From Mobula hypostoma (Eukaryota): a stretch of DNA of 64,000 nt. The number at the start of each line of letters is the position of its first letter. Position 1 is the first letter of the stretch. Shown here piece by piece: positions 51,356 to 64,000 of this stretch. Where the stretch lies: positions 148,678,001 to 148,742,000 of the forward strand of contig NC_086097.1 of assembly GCF_963921235.1 (NCBI RefSeq), written 5' to 3'. The position numbers were made by a program, and so were the translations under genes. Below the pieces are notes generated by a model that made no database searches, was not told the origin of the DNA, and saw nothing but the letters and a program-made list of their open reading frames with translations.

Positions 51356-53519
51356 AAAAAAAGCAGTCAACTGTATGTGTATGGGGAATACAGCAACATA
51401 CTACCAGACTTTTGAAACCCCTGTACAAGGTTGTAAAATGGGAAAGGTATGATGGTGTGTAATTTTCTGAGAAATTTATGATCTTTGTTGTTGACATTGT
51501 TTGATTATTTTTATTCTACAAATGACTCTGAACACTGTGGCCTGCACAGTAGAGGTAGATGGTGGTACTGATGTAGCAGCTACTGGCATTGCTAAACGAT
51601 CTTGCCATGCTTCATCTAGAAAGCTCACTGCCAGTAGTGTCGCCACTGAGCTATTCATTGAATGAGAATTACAGCAGCTAAATACTTGGGGGGAAAGCAC
51701 ACTCTGTGAACTCTGGAATGTATTTGAACCATCTGCAATGAGCTGTAAAACTGCCCAATCAGGTCTTCTGATAACAGCAGAGTACTGCTCCAGCACAGAC
51801 ACAAACTGCAATAAGGGGACGTGATGCTTTCATCTTTGTGCTGTGAATCTTTAACAATGGTTTCGGGTGGCAACCAAAAGCAATAGTTATACCAGTAAGG
51901 GAGAAAACTTATGACATCAAAACGTATTGCGAGTTAGGGTACTGATAGTAAATTTTGGATGAATTTGTTAGTAGCTGCCAGAACCCATCTCTAAATTAAC
52001 ACTTAGGTGAATGAAGTAAAATGTAACCCAGCATCAGGTCTATCCTTCAGTATTTATGGTTTCCTCATTCAAAAGTCATTTAAAATCTACTATGAATCTG
52101 AGGCAGTCAGCCAACACTGACAGGATAGGTTCTTTAAGTCCCGGGATTTCTCGGCAACCATTTTTTCACGACACCTCTGCTTTGCCTTGACAAATGACTT
52201 ACTTCTTGAGTACAAATTGCTAACATCTTAGCTTCACATATATCACAGTATCAAGGCCTAAATGGAACTCTGACGTTGCCCCTGGTGCCTGTCATTTGTA
52301 ACTGAGGAGATTTTCTTTTCACTTCTCTTTTCTCAGACATTTATTACTTGTACACATGCTTTCTATCAATACAGATATCAACAGAACATACTGCAAAAAT
52401 GACAAACGATAGATGACAAATCAGGGCAGGGGATTGGTTCTTCCAATACAGAATAAGAGATTAAATTGTAAAATCCTAGAGGCACTGGGATGAATCTCAA
52501 CAATTACTGCAAACATGAAACACCTGCTGACTAAGATGGATGGATTCTGTCTGAGTAAAGCTTGGATCTGATGGTTATCAACGGGTCCCCACTCTCCAAG
52601 TACATGGTAGAATCACTGACAATGGTTGGATTTCATTCACAAATTGATGATGTGAAGTTTTTTTCCCTCATCTGTCTGATTAGTGTACATATTTATCACC
52701 AATCACGCACTTCGTTATTAATGCCAGACAGTATTTTCTCCAGTCTTTATCTTTCTCGAACTGCCCCCTCTCTCACAATATTCCTGGCTCTGCCTTTTAA
52801 TATCAGGTTTTTTACCTGTGTTCTGCTTTTCTCTGTCTTCATGATATGATATTGTATCTGCTTCTAACTATCAATGTGTATGTGTGCATTCCCTATTTTT
52901 ATCCAGTCTTTCTTGGGGGGGGGGGGGGTTATTAAAATGAATGTTTGAGCTAATTGTTTCTGAGACATGCCAGAAGAATTGCATGTTCTTTCATGGGCTT
53001 ATGTATTACCAAGTGCTTTTCATAGCAGGATTCAGCAACGATGAAAGAAATTTTGTTAAAGACGTTATGACTCTGCTCTCTGGATCTATAAACAATTTAC
53101 ATAGACCTTCATGAGATCAGCTCTCAATAAGCTTTGAAACATAACAAGTATCCTTGAAAATTTTGTTCCACTCTCTCTAGTATTGTCACAAATTTATTAA
53201 ATGACATTTATATATACATCCTTGAAATTATCCCATAGATACAGACATTCTTTGGAGCCTTAGGCTAGCTTACAATTGTCACATAATGGCAGAGTATTTA
53301 AGTTCATTTAAGTTTTCATTAATTTAATATTTAGATACTTTCCAGCTGAAACCTGAAAGGGAATGCTCAAGAACAGCATCCTTAGCTGCTTCTTTTCCTC
53401 AACTTGGGGTCACTGAAGCTAATGGATCCAATGACTCCTTCAACAATGGGGCCTTTTATTACTCCTCTGAGGTGGCAAAAAGGTTAACATAGAAAACAAA
53501 CAAAGTTCAGATTTGATCC

Positions 53520-53706
53520 CACACACACAATGCTGGAGGAACTCAGCAAGTCAGCAGCATCTATGGATGGGAATAAACATTTGCCATTTCAGGTAGAGAC
53601 ATTGACTGCTTACTCCCCTCCAGACAGCCAGCCTGACTTGCTGAGGTCCTCCAGCATTTTGCATGTGTTGCTGAAGACTTCAAGCATCTACAGAATCTCT
53701 TGTGCC
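53520..53706. mobile_element. Old PLE-end fold-back mini-element
   Basis: aatgctggaggaactcagcaagtcag is inverted against ctgacttgctgaggtcctccagcatt; tail on the right. Confidence 0.75.
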
Positions 53707-53780
53707 TATGATTCCAACGACAGTTCTTTTATTAATATAAATTAAATTGACTAAGAACATGGCAAGCTCAGGGTGCATAC

Positions 53781-54345
53781 TGGGGGTCAAAGAACACAGG
53801 CTGTCTACAAGAAGAGTCAGAGCCGTCTCTATTTCCTGAGGAGACTGAGGTCCTTTAACATCTGCCGGACGATGCTGAGGATGTTCTACGAGTCTGTGGT
53901 AGCCAGTGCTATCATGTTTGCTGTTGTGTGCTGGGGCAGTAGGCTGAGGGTGGCAGACACCAACAGAATCAACAAACTCATTCGTAAGGCCAGTGAAGTT
54001 GTGGGGATAGAACTGGACTTTCTGACGGTGGTGTCTGAAAAGAGGATGCTGTCTAAGTTGCAAGCCACCTTGGACAATGTCTCCCATCCCCTACATAATG
54101 TACTTGTTGGGCACAGGAGTACATTCAGCCAGAGACTCATTCCACCGAGATGTAACACAGAGCGTCATAGGAAGTCATTCCTGCCTGTGGCCATCAAACT
54201 TTACAACTCCTGGACTTATTTCCTGGCATAATTTACATATTACTATTTAACTATTTATGGTTTTATTACTATTTATTATTTATGGTGCAACTGTAACGAA
54301 AACCAATTTCCCCCGGGATCAATAAAGTATGACTATGACTATGAA
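53781..54345 (+). mobile_element. Rex1/Babar 3' fragment
   Basis: [16 protein letters not shown]...RKSFLPVAIKLYN; (tatgac)n tail; flanks CAGGGTG(C/T)ATA. Confidence 0.9.
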
Positions 54346-56369
54346 CAGGGTGTATAGTAAATATGAGGAGCTTCATGTCACTTAATTACTGGGCAATGAC
54401 AAGATTATTGACTGTCTCTGAATTAATTATCTATTTACTTTCCAGCTGTTCAACAGGAATAAAACCATATAAAAAGGGATTCACAGATATGCAATTGGAC
54501 TGAAGATTAATTAGTTTTCCAGAGCATCTTAAAAGATATGCGGTCCATGTTTTCCCATGTTTGCAATCTGTCAATTTTGCTCCTGCTATATACATATAAC
54601 TATGTATGGAAAATATTCATTGATCTCAGATATTTCTGCTTATTGGAGGAGTAGTAAGAATAACTCCCGGTAACTTCTGTAGCTAAACAACATCAGGCTC
54701 AGAATAAATAGGGTCCAACCTATGAATTGAGCAACTAGTGCAAATACCAAGTTATCTAAAGACCAGCATGGATCTACCAATTGACGTCAGCAATTTGCTG
54801 TCAGGGAGGAGAAAATTATTTAATAATCTCACTCCTTCCACTTAGTTTCCAGTGACCCTGCAGGAGGTAACCCTGTTAATATCTGATGAGGGCAATTATA
54901 ATCTCTGTGGTTAATTAACCTAACATGACTCATTTGCGAGTTTGATGTTTGAAAATAGTAACTAGAAAGCAGCTTAGTGGAAGGCAGGGTAGCATAGCAA
55001 GCGGTGAAGGTCAGCAGGAAATATATATTGGACAAAAAATGTCTGAGAAATTGAAGACAATTAGCTTGTTATGAACAAGTTTGCTTACTTAGTCATAATT
55101 AATACGGAGGTTTATTTATATTTAAATTGACAGTCAAAACAATTCTGAAACAAAGCACCTTCCCCGCTTACAGCAATCAGAGGTTGTAATTAATACAACC
55201 AAAATAATGTTTACATATTCTACAAAATACACAGCAACTCATTACCAAAAATAAGCCATGTTGGCTTTGGCTAGTTTGCGTGGGTTTGGTCAATTTATAA
55301 TGGCTCTGACTGATCAGAATTTAGATCAGAAAGAAACTCAATTCAGAATAACTACAAGGACAATAATTTGATTAGTTGGATATATTTTTCATGCCAGATC
55401 AAACAAAAGGTAGCACTTTTTAAATAACATAATGAATAAGAAGATCACTTGTGGCATTCTGTAGTGGAATTACTATCTAAAGTATCTCAATATACAGTAT
55501 TTCTTCTTAAAACCCTGTTAGAATGTTCTGTTAGCAGATTTTCTATGATGATGGAAATCTAGGGCCATCTCTCACAAATACTATTCCAGCCAAAAAGTCA
55601 AGCCTGTGCATTTTTAGTATGAACCAAAGCTCATGTTCCAACACATGTACTCCCTATTAATGCTCTGAGATTCTGCTATTTTCTTCTTTTGTCCACCAAC
55701 AATATAACGGATTGCATAAAAATACTAATGCCAGAAACATATCTCACATGGAACTGAAAGTAAGAGAGATAAATCTGAAATAACAAGAAAATTTCAGAAG
55801 GCAAAAGTAAGATGGATAGATAGACATTAGAAGAAACATTACGACGGGCAAAGAGATAAAGGGAAATGGATATAAGAGGGAATTGGCAAACAGACCTCTT
55901 TAAAACTTGTTTCCTCATATTTACATTCATACAGGTGCCAATTATAGTGGACCTGGGCAACCTATGAACTGTGGACAAACTGCAGCTTCTGTAGGCTCAT
56001 GTTGTCCGAGAAGACCTGACTATGTTGGGTCTTGAGAGATTCAATACTGATTTTCTTGGAGTATTGTGGTTGTCCCATTGCAGGAGGGATGGCGGGGGTC
56101 GGGGCGGGGGTCAGGAAGTGTGAGTGTGGATGTGTGGATCCCCTTTGATTCAGCTTCATATATTAGACATAAAAATAAAATTAGTTCAGAAATATTATTA
56201 TCTGATTGATGAGAATTTTTAAAATTTTTTCTTTGGTTTATCTGTCACCTGCACCAAGAGCCACTTACTTGTTTGTTTACTATCTGGCAATCATTCATCA
56301 TTAACTTATCATGTGGTTAATGTAGTTCAGCAGAAGTAAATTGAAAAAATGTCCTTTGTATCAATGGAA

Positions 56370-57260
56370 TATTATACAAAGTACAGAGTTATACATCATG
56401 GAAATGGCCTCCTCAGCCTACTCATCCATGTTGAACAAAGTTAGGCCTCGTTTGCCTGCATTTGGCCCGTATTGATCTAAATCTTTCCTATCCATAAATT
56501 TATCCAAATGTCTTTTAAGCATTGTAATTTTACCCACATCTATCACTTCCTCTTGGAGCTAGTACCATATAGCCATATGTGTGAAAAGCTTACCTCCCAT
56601 GTTCCTTTTCAATCTTCCCTCCTCACCTTAAGCCTATGTTCTCTAGTTTCAGACTCACCTATCCTGTGAAAAAGACTATGATAATTTACCCTTTCAATGC
56701 ACCTATCATATTTTTATACTTATATTTTTATTTCGATCATAATTTATACCCTGTTTAGTCACTCTTCAGCCTCCTTTGCTCCAGGGAAATCAGCCCCTTC
56801 CTATCCAGTCAAGCCTTATCTCATCATAAGTCAAGCCTTCCGGTCCCAGCAACACCCTCTCCAGCTTAATCACATGCTTCCTATAGCATACCAACTGGAA
56901 TTGCATACAAAATTCTTGGTACGATTCTCACTCATGTCATATACAGATGCAATACAATGTCTCAAATCTTTTACAATGCCATATGCAATAAAGTGCAAAC
57001 ATGCCATAAACATCCTTCACCACTTTGTCTACCTGTATTGTCACTTTTAGAGAACTATTCACCTGATCTTCTAGGTCTCTCTGTTCTACAATACTCTTCA
57101 GCGCCCGGTCATCTACTATGCAAGTCCCGCTCTGGTTTAACTCTCCAAATTGCTTCACTTCACACTTATCTGAGCTAAACTCCATATATCATTATTTTGC
57201 CCAAGCTCTCAGTTGAAATAGATTCTGTTGCAACATTAGACAACCTTCTTCACTGTCTCA
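56370..57260 (-). mobile_element. CR1 3' fragment
   Basis: MEFSSDKCEVKQFG...EQRDL...QVDKVVK. Confidence 0.8.
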
Positions 57261-57261
57261 C

Positions 57262-57935
57262 ACACAAAGGGACTTGGGAGTCCTAGTGCAGGATTGTCTA
57301 AGTTTAACTTGAAGATTGAGTTAGTAGTAAGGAAGGCAAATGCAAATTTGGCATTCATTTCAAGAGGATTACAACATAAAAGTAAAGATGTAACGCTGAA
57401 GCTTTGTAGGGCATTGGTCAGACTGCACTTGGAGTATTGTGAGCAGCATTAGAGAGGATCCAGAAGAGGTTCATAAGATTGAACACAGGAATGAAAAAGC
57501 CAACATATGAGAAGCGTTTGAAGGTTCTGGGCGTGTACTCGCTGGAGTTTAGAAGTATGATGGGGGTTGAAACTCATTGAAACCTATCAAATATTGAAAG
57601 GCCTAGATAGAGTGGAGTTGGAGAGGATGTTCCCAACTGAAGGGGAGTCTAAGACTAGAGAGCACAGCTTCAGAATACAAGGACAGAGATGAGGAGGAAT
57701 TTCTTTAGCTAGAGCATGGCGTTCTGGAATTCATTGCCACAGACAGCTGTGGAGGCCAGGTCATTGGGTACATTTAAAGTGGAGGTTGATAGGTTCTTGA
57801 TTGGCAAGGGTGTCAAAGATTACAAGAAAAAGGCAGGAGAATGGGGTTGAGAGTGATAATAAATCAACCATGATCAAATGGCAAAGCATACTTGATGGGC
57901 CAAGTGACCTAATTATAATTTCTCATGGTCTTACG
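57262..57935 (+). mobile_element. CR1 3' fragment
   Basis: QRDLGVLVQD, KANANLAFISRG, YSLEFR; catggtcttacgg tail; similar to 1722-2447. Confidence 0.88.
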
Positions 57936-58235
57936 GTCAACTGTTCTAATAACTGCAAAAAGAGGAAAAAAATCTAACGTTTCAGGGCAAATTTGGATTA
58001 ATTGACCAAACTTCCATCTAATTTTTTAAAAAATCAACAAGAAGTAAGACCCTATAACCAATAGAATAGCCAAATAAAGGATTACAATAGATATTCTTTT
58101 TCTTCCTTTGCCATGATCACTTGTTTTCATTCTAGCTTTGTGAGGAGACATCTGAGACTGATGCACAAAGAGCAGATTCTTCCACAGCTAGAGCAAGAGA
58201 TAGCTGAATGGGTGGATAGCTAAGTACTTTGTGGG

Positions 58236-58447
58236 AACACAAGAGACTGCGGATGCCAGAACCTGGAACAGCAAAACAATCCGCTGTAAGAAATCAGCAG
58301 ATCAAGTAGCATGTATGAGAAGAAAGAAATTGTCCACATTTCAGATAGAAACCCTACAGTCCTGTTGCAGTTTCAATTAAATGACGGTAATTCTTTTCCT
58401 CTAGCTGGTGCTACTTGAACCACTGAGCTCTTCCAATAGATTGTTGG
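58236..58447. mobile_element. Very old PLE-end fold-back mini-element
   Basis: Degenerate inverted arms (caatccgctgtaagaaatcagcagatcaagtagca / tgctacttgaaccactgagctcttccaatagattg); flanks GTACTTTG(TG)GGAA. Confidence 0.6.
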
Positions 58448-58774
58448 GTACTTTGGGAAGCCATGAGCTCCTTCTGCTCCTTCTGCTGTTTGTTCAGTTC
58501 ATCTGTGTGCTCTTGCTGCACTAATTTAAAATTCTAAACACTATCCCAAATAGTCTGTCTCCATCTTGAGCAGCCATGGCCTGCTAATACCAGCAGTCAG
58601 TGGGAATGTTGGAATTTTTCAAAGAGGCTTTGAATGCATCCTCTTTCTGTTGGGTAATCTCCTTCAGTGACAGAACTCAGAATGGAATGGCCATTTCCTG
58701 CCTAAAGACGCCAACAGAATATAATTTGGATCTCAAAAATAGGGAATTAGACATGGAAGTGGACACGGACACTG

Positions 58775-59455
58775 GGTCACATCCTAAACAAAATCAGAAG
58801 AAGTTTTGGAAATACTCGACAAGACAGGCTGCATCTGAAGGAAGGGAAACAGAGTTAATGCTCCAGGTCAGAGGCTCTTCATCAGAACTGAAAAGGAAGC
58901 AAATGAACACACTCTCTTCCAGGATAGATAAATGATTTCCCTGATTCTCACCAGATCATTCTCCACAGTTTCTGCCACCTTCAAAAAAATTCCATCAGCA
59001 GGCACATCTCTTCTCCTCACCTTTCAGCAATTTGTAGAGACAATTTCCTTTGTGTTTCTCTGGTCCTCACCTTTGTTCTCTACAACCACCTCCCATTTTC
59101 CAGCATTTCCTTTGCCACAGTAGGTGTTGCAATATTTATCCTTTGAGCTCTTCCCTTGTCACTGCCCAGGGACACGATCTTTCCAGATGAAGTAGTAATA
59201 TACTTCCACTTCTTCCAAACCTGTGTACTGCATTCAGTGTTAGCAATGTGGTTTTCTCTAAAGGGAGAAACTAACAGATTTGGTGATCCACTTTAAGTTC
59301 ACCACAGTATCTTGAGCTTGCTGCCCGTCACTTTAATTCCACAATACACTCCCACTCTGAGCTAGCTGTCTGGAATCCCCTGTACTGCTGCACAAAGTTT
59401 GAAGAAATGTACCTCATTAATGCAGCCTCATAGTGAACTACACAAGTTCAGGTAA
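58775..59455. mobile_element. Old PLE remnants: minus terminal repeat followed by plus linker/GIY-YIG
   Basis: ctcttcatcagaactg (hammerhead core on the minus strand); VYCIQC*QCGFL*RE; HFNSTIHSHS. Confidence 0.65.
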
Positions 59456-59460
59456 CCCCA

Positions 59461-59639
59461 AAGTTCAAAGTAAATTTAGTATCAAAGTACATATATGTCA
59501 CCCTATACAACCAAGGCATACTCAATAAATCCAATAATCACAATACAATTAATGAAAGACCACATAACCAGTGTGCAAAAGACAACAAACTGTACAAATA
59601 CAAAAAGAAATAAATAGTAACAATAGTAATAATAGTAAT
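59461..59639 (-). mobile_element. Rex1 3' UTR and tail fragment
   Basis: aagttcaaagtaaattt...atatgtcacc, as at 18237 and 20768. Confidence 0.75.
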
Positions 59640-62600
59640 GGGGACCAGAACCAGGAGCAGCCAGCAGCAGCACTGCTATGGACCGACAAGACAACAGCAC
59701 CTGCCTCTGGCAGTGGGAGGCAGAATGTGGAGAACTCATAGGACAGTGAACCCTTCAGCCGCATAGACTCGGAGAGCACGTGAGGAGCTGGGGTTCAGTT
59801 TCAGGGAGAAGACGTTCACCGGTGTAAAATCAGCCACGACACCGCGCCCCTGCACCCCCCCCCCAGCTCCTGAAACAAGTCCAGACACATCTGTCCAGAT
59901 TGGGAGTTGCCCTGGTCAGTGTCTGTTCCCTATGTTAGGGGCGGGTGAAACTAAAACCAGGCTGTAGATTTAAAAAGCAATGCCCTTTCACTTTAGAAAT
60001 GGAAAGATGTCTACAGAATAGAGTGATATGGCCACTGCCTGGGGATCACCAGGTCATGCCTGGAGCTAGCACAGGACACGACAGTAAGCAAGCCACTGGT
60101 GGTGCACTGCTGAACAGGTAGGCAGGGACCGTGAAACCTGAAAGTGATACTGCCAGCACTCAAAGTAACCCACCAACACCACAGGCCCTGACTGCTGCAA
60201 GTGTTTCTCAGCAGAGCTGTCCACCTACAACTGAGGCCGCTCAAGCAGTTAAGAGAAGAAAGACACACATGAAATGATCATTAGATGTAAACACATTTAT
60301 GATGTGTGTATGTTAACGAATAACAGAACTTAAGACTGACACGCGAGGATACAGGGACAAACTTCATCAACATTTTATAGCACAATATCCCTCTATGTAA
60401 GAAAATGCACAACAGATTGCAGGTCAACATAGACTGATAGCAAAATATAACTTAACCCCTACAGATAGGTTAAACCAAATAAAACATAAAGTTGCATAAA
60501 AGCTGGAAAGAAACTAGCATAAAGATAACAACTATACTGTGCAAGAAAATAATGAAGCTACAACGCACCAAACCACTGATGAAAATACAATTATTTCAAT
60601 CGCTTCACAATCAGACGTTAACAGTAACAACACTGTTTCAGAGCCTCCGCAGAATGCTGATGATTAATGCTGAGCTTGTAGACAAAATTATATGGGTACT
60701 GACCAACAAAAAGACTCTATATACTAAAACAAAATACATAATAAAAATTTGCAGAAATTGTTAATACTCTCAACAATATGAGATTGCCACAAAATTTAGG
60801 AAAACTCGAAACATTTGAAGAACTACGTACAATAACTTACTGTGCAGCATTATCAGCAGTGCAGTGCAATGGCTCCAGAACAGAGACACTCATTAATGAA
60901 AACTCAAGACTGAGTAATGAAATGAGTACACCAAAATGGTAGAAGAGATTAAAAAATATAATTGAAAGCTTAAGAGCAAAAATAGATTGCCTAATGGAGT
61001 ATAAAAAAGATAACATGAGCAAGAAAGTTAAGAGAAAAGCTAAGGAAATACTAAGGAAATATAAGGTTCACACAAGATACAATCAGCCTAACAAAAGCAC
61101 AGTAGAGTTTATAGATACACTAAAACAAAAGCTTGGTGTAATCAAAGCCAGACTAAATAGATACATGAAATGCACCAGACAATGAAAACAGAATTATCAG
61201 CTCAGAAACAATGAAAAAGGTTTATATAGGGCATTGAAACTAAATTCAACACACCAGGATGGAATGCATCCCAGGGTACTGAAAGAAATGACAGAGATTG
61301 TAGTTGAGGCTTTGGTAATAATTTTCCAAAACTCTCAGGACTCTGGGCAGGTGCCGACAGATTGAAAGAAGGTGAATGTCATGCCACCGTTCAGAAAAGG
61401 ATGTAGGCAAAAGGCAGGTAACTATAGGCCAGTTCGTTTAACATCTGTATTTGGGAAAATGCTTGAAGCTATCATTAAAGAAGAAATAGCAAGGCAGCTG
61501 GAAAGAAATGGGCCTATCAGGCAGACACAGCATGGATTCAGCAAAGACAGATCCTGTTTGACAAACTTACTGCAGTTCTTTGAGGATATAATGAGCACAG
61601 TGGATAGAGGGGGACAGGTAGATGTTATTTACTTGGATTTTCAGAAGGTGTTCGATAAGGTGCCATATAAAAGACATGCATAAGATAAGGATGCATTGAG
61701 TTGGACTTGATATATTAGCATGGATAGAGAATTGGATAACCAATAGAAAGCAGAGAGTTTGAGTACTTGGATGTTTCTCTGGTTGACAATCAGTGGTGAG
61801 TGGTGTGCTGCAGGGGTCAGTGCTGGGCCTGCAACTGTTCACGATATACATTAACGATCTAGAAGAGGGGACCAAGTGTAGTGTATCTAAGTTTGCTGAT
61901 GACACTAAATTGAGTGGAAAAGCAAATTGTGCAAAGGATGCAGAGAGTCTGCAGAGAGATATAGATAGGTTAAGTGAGTGGGCAAGGATCTGGCAGATGG
62001 AATACAATGTTGGTAAATGCACGGTTATCCACTTTGGAAGGAAAAATGGAAGAGCAGATTATTATTTAAATGGTAAAAGACTGCAGCAGGCTGCTGTGCA
62101 GAAGGACGTATGAGTGCTTGTGCATGAATCACAAAAGGTTGGTTTGCAGGTGCAGCAGGCTATCAAGAAGGCAAATGCAATGTTGGCCTTCATTGCTAGA
62201 GGAATTGAACTTAAGAGCAGGGAGGTTATGCTGCAACTCTACAGGGTACTGGTGAGGCCACAGCTGGAGTACTGCGTGCAGTTCTGGTCTCCTTATTTGA
62301 GGAAGGATATACTGGCTTTGGAGGTGGTGCAGAGGAGGTTCACCAGGTTGGATCCAGAGATGAGGGGGTTAGACTATGAGGAGTGATTGAGTCACCTCAG
62401 ACTGTACTCACTGGAATTCAGAAAGATGAGAGGAGATCTTAAAGGAACATACAAAAATATGAAAGGGATAGATAAGATAGAGGCAATTAAGTTATTTCTA
62501 CTGGTAGGTGAGACTAGAACTAGGGGACATAGCCTCAAGATTTCAGGGAGTAAATTTAGGATGGAGATGAGGAGGAACTGCTTTTCCCAAAGAGTGGTGA

Positions 62601-64000
62601 ATCTGTGAAATTCTCTGCCCAACGTAATATTGGAGGCTACCTACAGTAAATATATTTAAGACCAGGTTGGATAGATTTTTGCATACAAGGGGAAGTAAGG
62701 GTTGTGGGGAAAAGGTAGGTAGGTGGAGATAATGGTCAGATCAGCCATGATCTTATTGGCGGAGCAGGCTCAATGGGCCAGATAGCTCAATCCTGCTCCT
62801 ATTTCTTATGTTCTTATGGTATGTACCAAGATGTCACCAACTCCAGCACAGAATTACCAACAAGCACAGAGCTGATGAACTTTTGCTCTGATATCTGGTC
62901 AAACAATGTGATGCACAATCAAGAAGCAAGCTGGATTTGGGACGGAAAAGAACACACGCTCGCGATTGAAGAAATGCAAGTTCTGTACCTAGAGTTAGGC
63001 TGGATATGCTGAAAAAGATTATAAAAATTCCCACACTGGAAATGTACTGGAAGTGATAATATTCATAATTACTGATATAAAAAATTAACTTGCCTCCATC
63101 CATACCTATTATTGCATATCAACAATTTTCTTAAAAAGTGCCTGAATTTTTGACAGAAGGTAAAACATATCTTTTACCTAAAAGGAAAGTCTCAAAAAGA
63201 TCCATCAAAATAACATTCCATTACAAGTTTACAAACTATATATAAAATTGTAACATCATGCATCATGCAGCTAATCACCTCTCACTTAGATAACTACAAT
63301 ATACTTACAGAAGAGCAGAAAGGATGCCGTAAGGGTATAAGAGGATGAGAAGAACAACTGATAATAGATCCTGTAATTCTAAATCAAGCCCGGCAGAAAA
63401 GCAGAAATCTTTCACATTGCTATATTGTCGACCACACTCATGGTTAAAATAAGTTCTTATTATATATAAACTACACCCAATACTTGTGGAATTCCTACAA
63501 CATCTGATGAAGCATTGGCATACTGCAATCACTTTATCGATTAACAACCAAAAAATAACAACCACCGTTATCAAAATAAACTGGAACATTTTCCAGGGCA
63601 ACTGTGTAAGTCTGCTGTGGTTCTGTCTAGCTTTAAAACCACTCTCTAATTTTAATGAAAATTGGGTATCAAATCAAAAACAACGAAATGAGCTATACCT
63701 TAACACACCTTTTACACATGGATGATTTGAAATTATATGCTCCTTCATCAGTTAAGCTAAAGCAATTAATTCAAATTATAGTATTATTTTTGAAAGTTGT
63801 AAATTTGTACTGGATAAATGCAGAACATTAAACATAAAGAAAGGTGCAATAGAGCTAATAGAATACAAAACAGAGCAACAGGATACAATACAACTGATGG
63901 ATGAATCAGAAACATATAAGTATCTGGGATATCAACAGGGAAAGAAAATAGATCATAGCGTGATAAAAGGAAAATCAGAATTTGCATCAAGGTTTAAGAA
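59640..64000 (+). mobile_element. Decayed R4/Dong-clade non-LTR retrotransposon, continuing past the window end and split by a CR1
   Basis: PKW*KRL..IESLRAKI, DTLKQKL..IKARLNRY..QNYQL.NNEKGLYR, FCSDIWS..HNQEASWI, HWKCTGSDNIHNY, EEQKGCRKG, IFQGNCVSLLWFCLALKPLS, HMDDLKLYA; the 5' boundary is uncertain. Confidence 0.82.
61261..62820 (+). mobile_element. CR1 LINE nested in the R4/Dong element
   Basis: GMHPRVLKE, NYRPVRLTS, YLDFQK, KFADDTK; ttcttatg tail; flanks ACCA(G/A)GATG at 61253-61261 and 62825-62833. Confidence 0.93.

Noticed and set aside
52200..52305. Strong minus-strand donor site (GAA|GTAAGT)
   Set aside because: Poor acceptor context and stop codons in all three frames
55935..56035. 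Possible terminal exon (cag|..ANYSGPGQPMNCGQTAASVGSCCPRRPDYVGS*)
   Set aside because: Only a plausible acceptor site; no recognisable homology and no partner exon
56370..57935. Back-to-back CR1 pieces suggesting a twin-priming inversion
   Set aside because: Both carry their own 3' ends, overlap in RT coverage and differ in subfamily
1..64000. CRISPR array, retron or other prokaryotic system
   Set aside because: No repeat-spacer array or operon structure; all RT and nuclease domains belong to eukaryotic retroelements

Overview
Eukaryotic, transposon-saturated vertebrate DNA, either intergenic or deep intronic. The repeat mix (HE1-like V-SINEs, CR1, Rex1/Babar and Neptune-type Penelope-like elements) points to a cartilaginous fish; this is an inference. 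I found no supportable host exon, rRNA, tRNA or CRISPR array, and every recognisable ORF comes from a mobile element. Contents: many CR1 and Rex1/Babar LINE fragments; several Penelope-like (PLE) copies with a GIY-YIG endonuclease and a minimal hammerhead ribozyme in the terminal repeat; one full-length but disabled Gypsy LTR retrotransposon (45387-49706, tRNA-Trp PBS); two solo LTRs; a Tigger/pogo deletion derivative; a decayed R4/Dong-clade element running off the right edge; V-SINEs; and probable DeuSINE and LF-SINE relics. The most notable pattern is a recurring class of ~150-225 bp fold-back mini-elements, flanked by target-site duplications (TSDs). They are built only from two inverted PLE ends, and the turn-around point repeatedly falls inside the hammerhead ribozyme. 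Family names come from motif recognition by eye, not database searches, and boundaries of old fragments are approximate.
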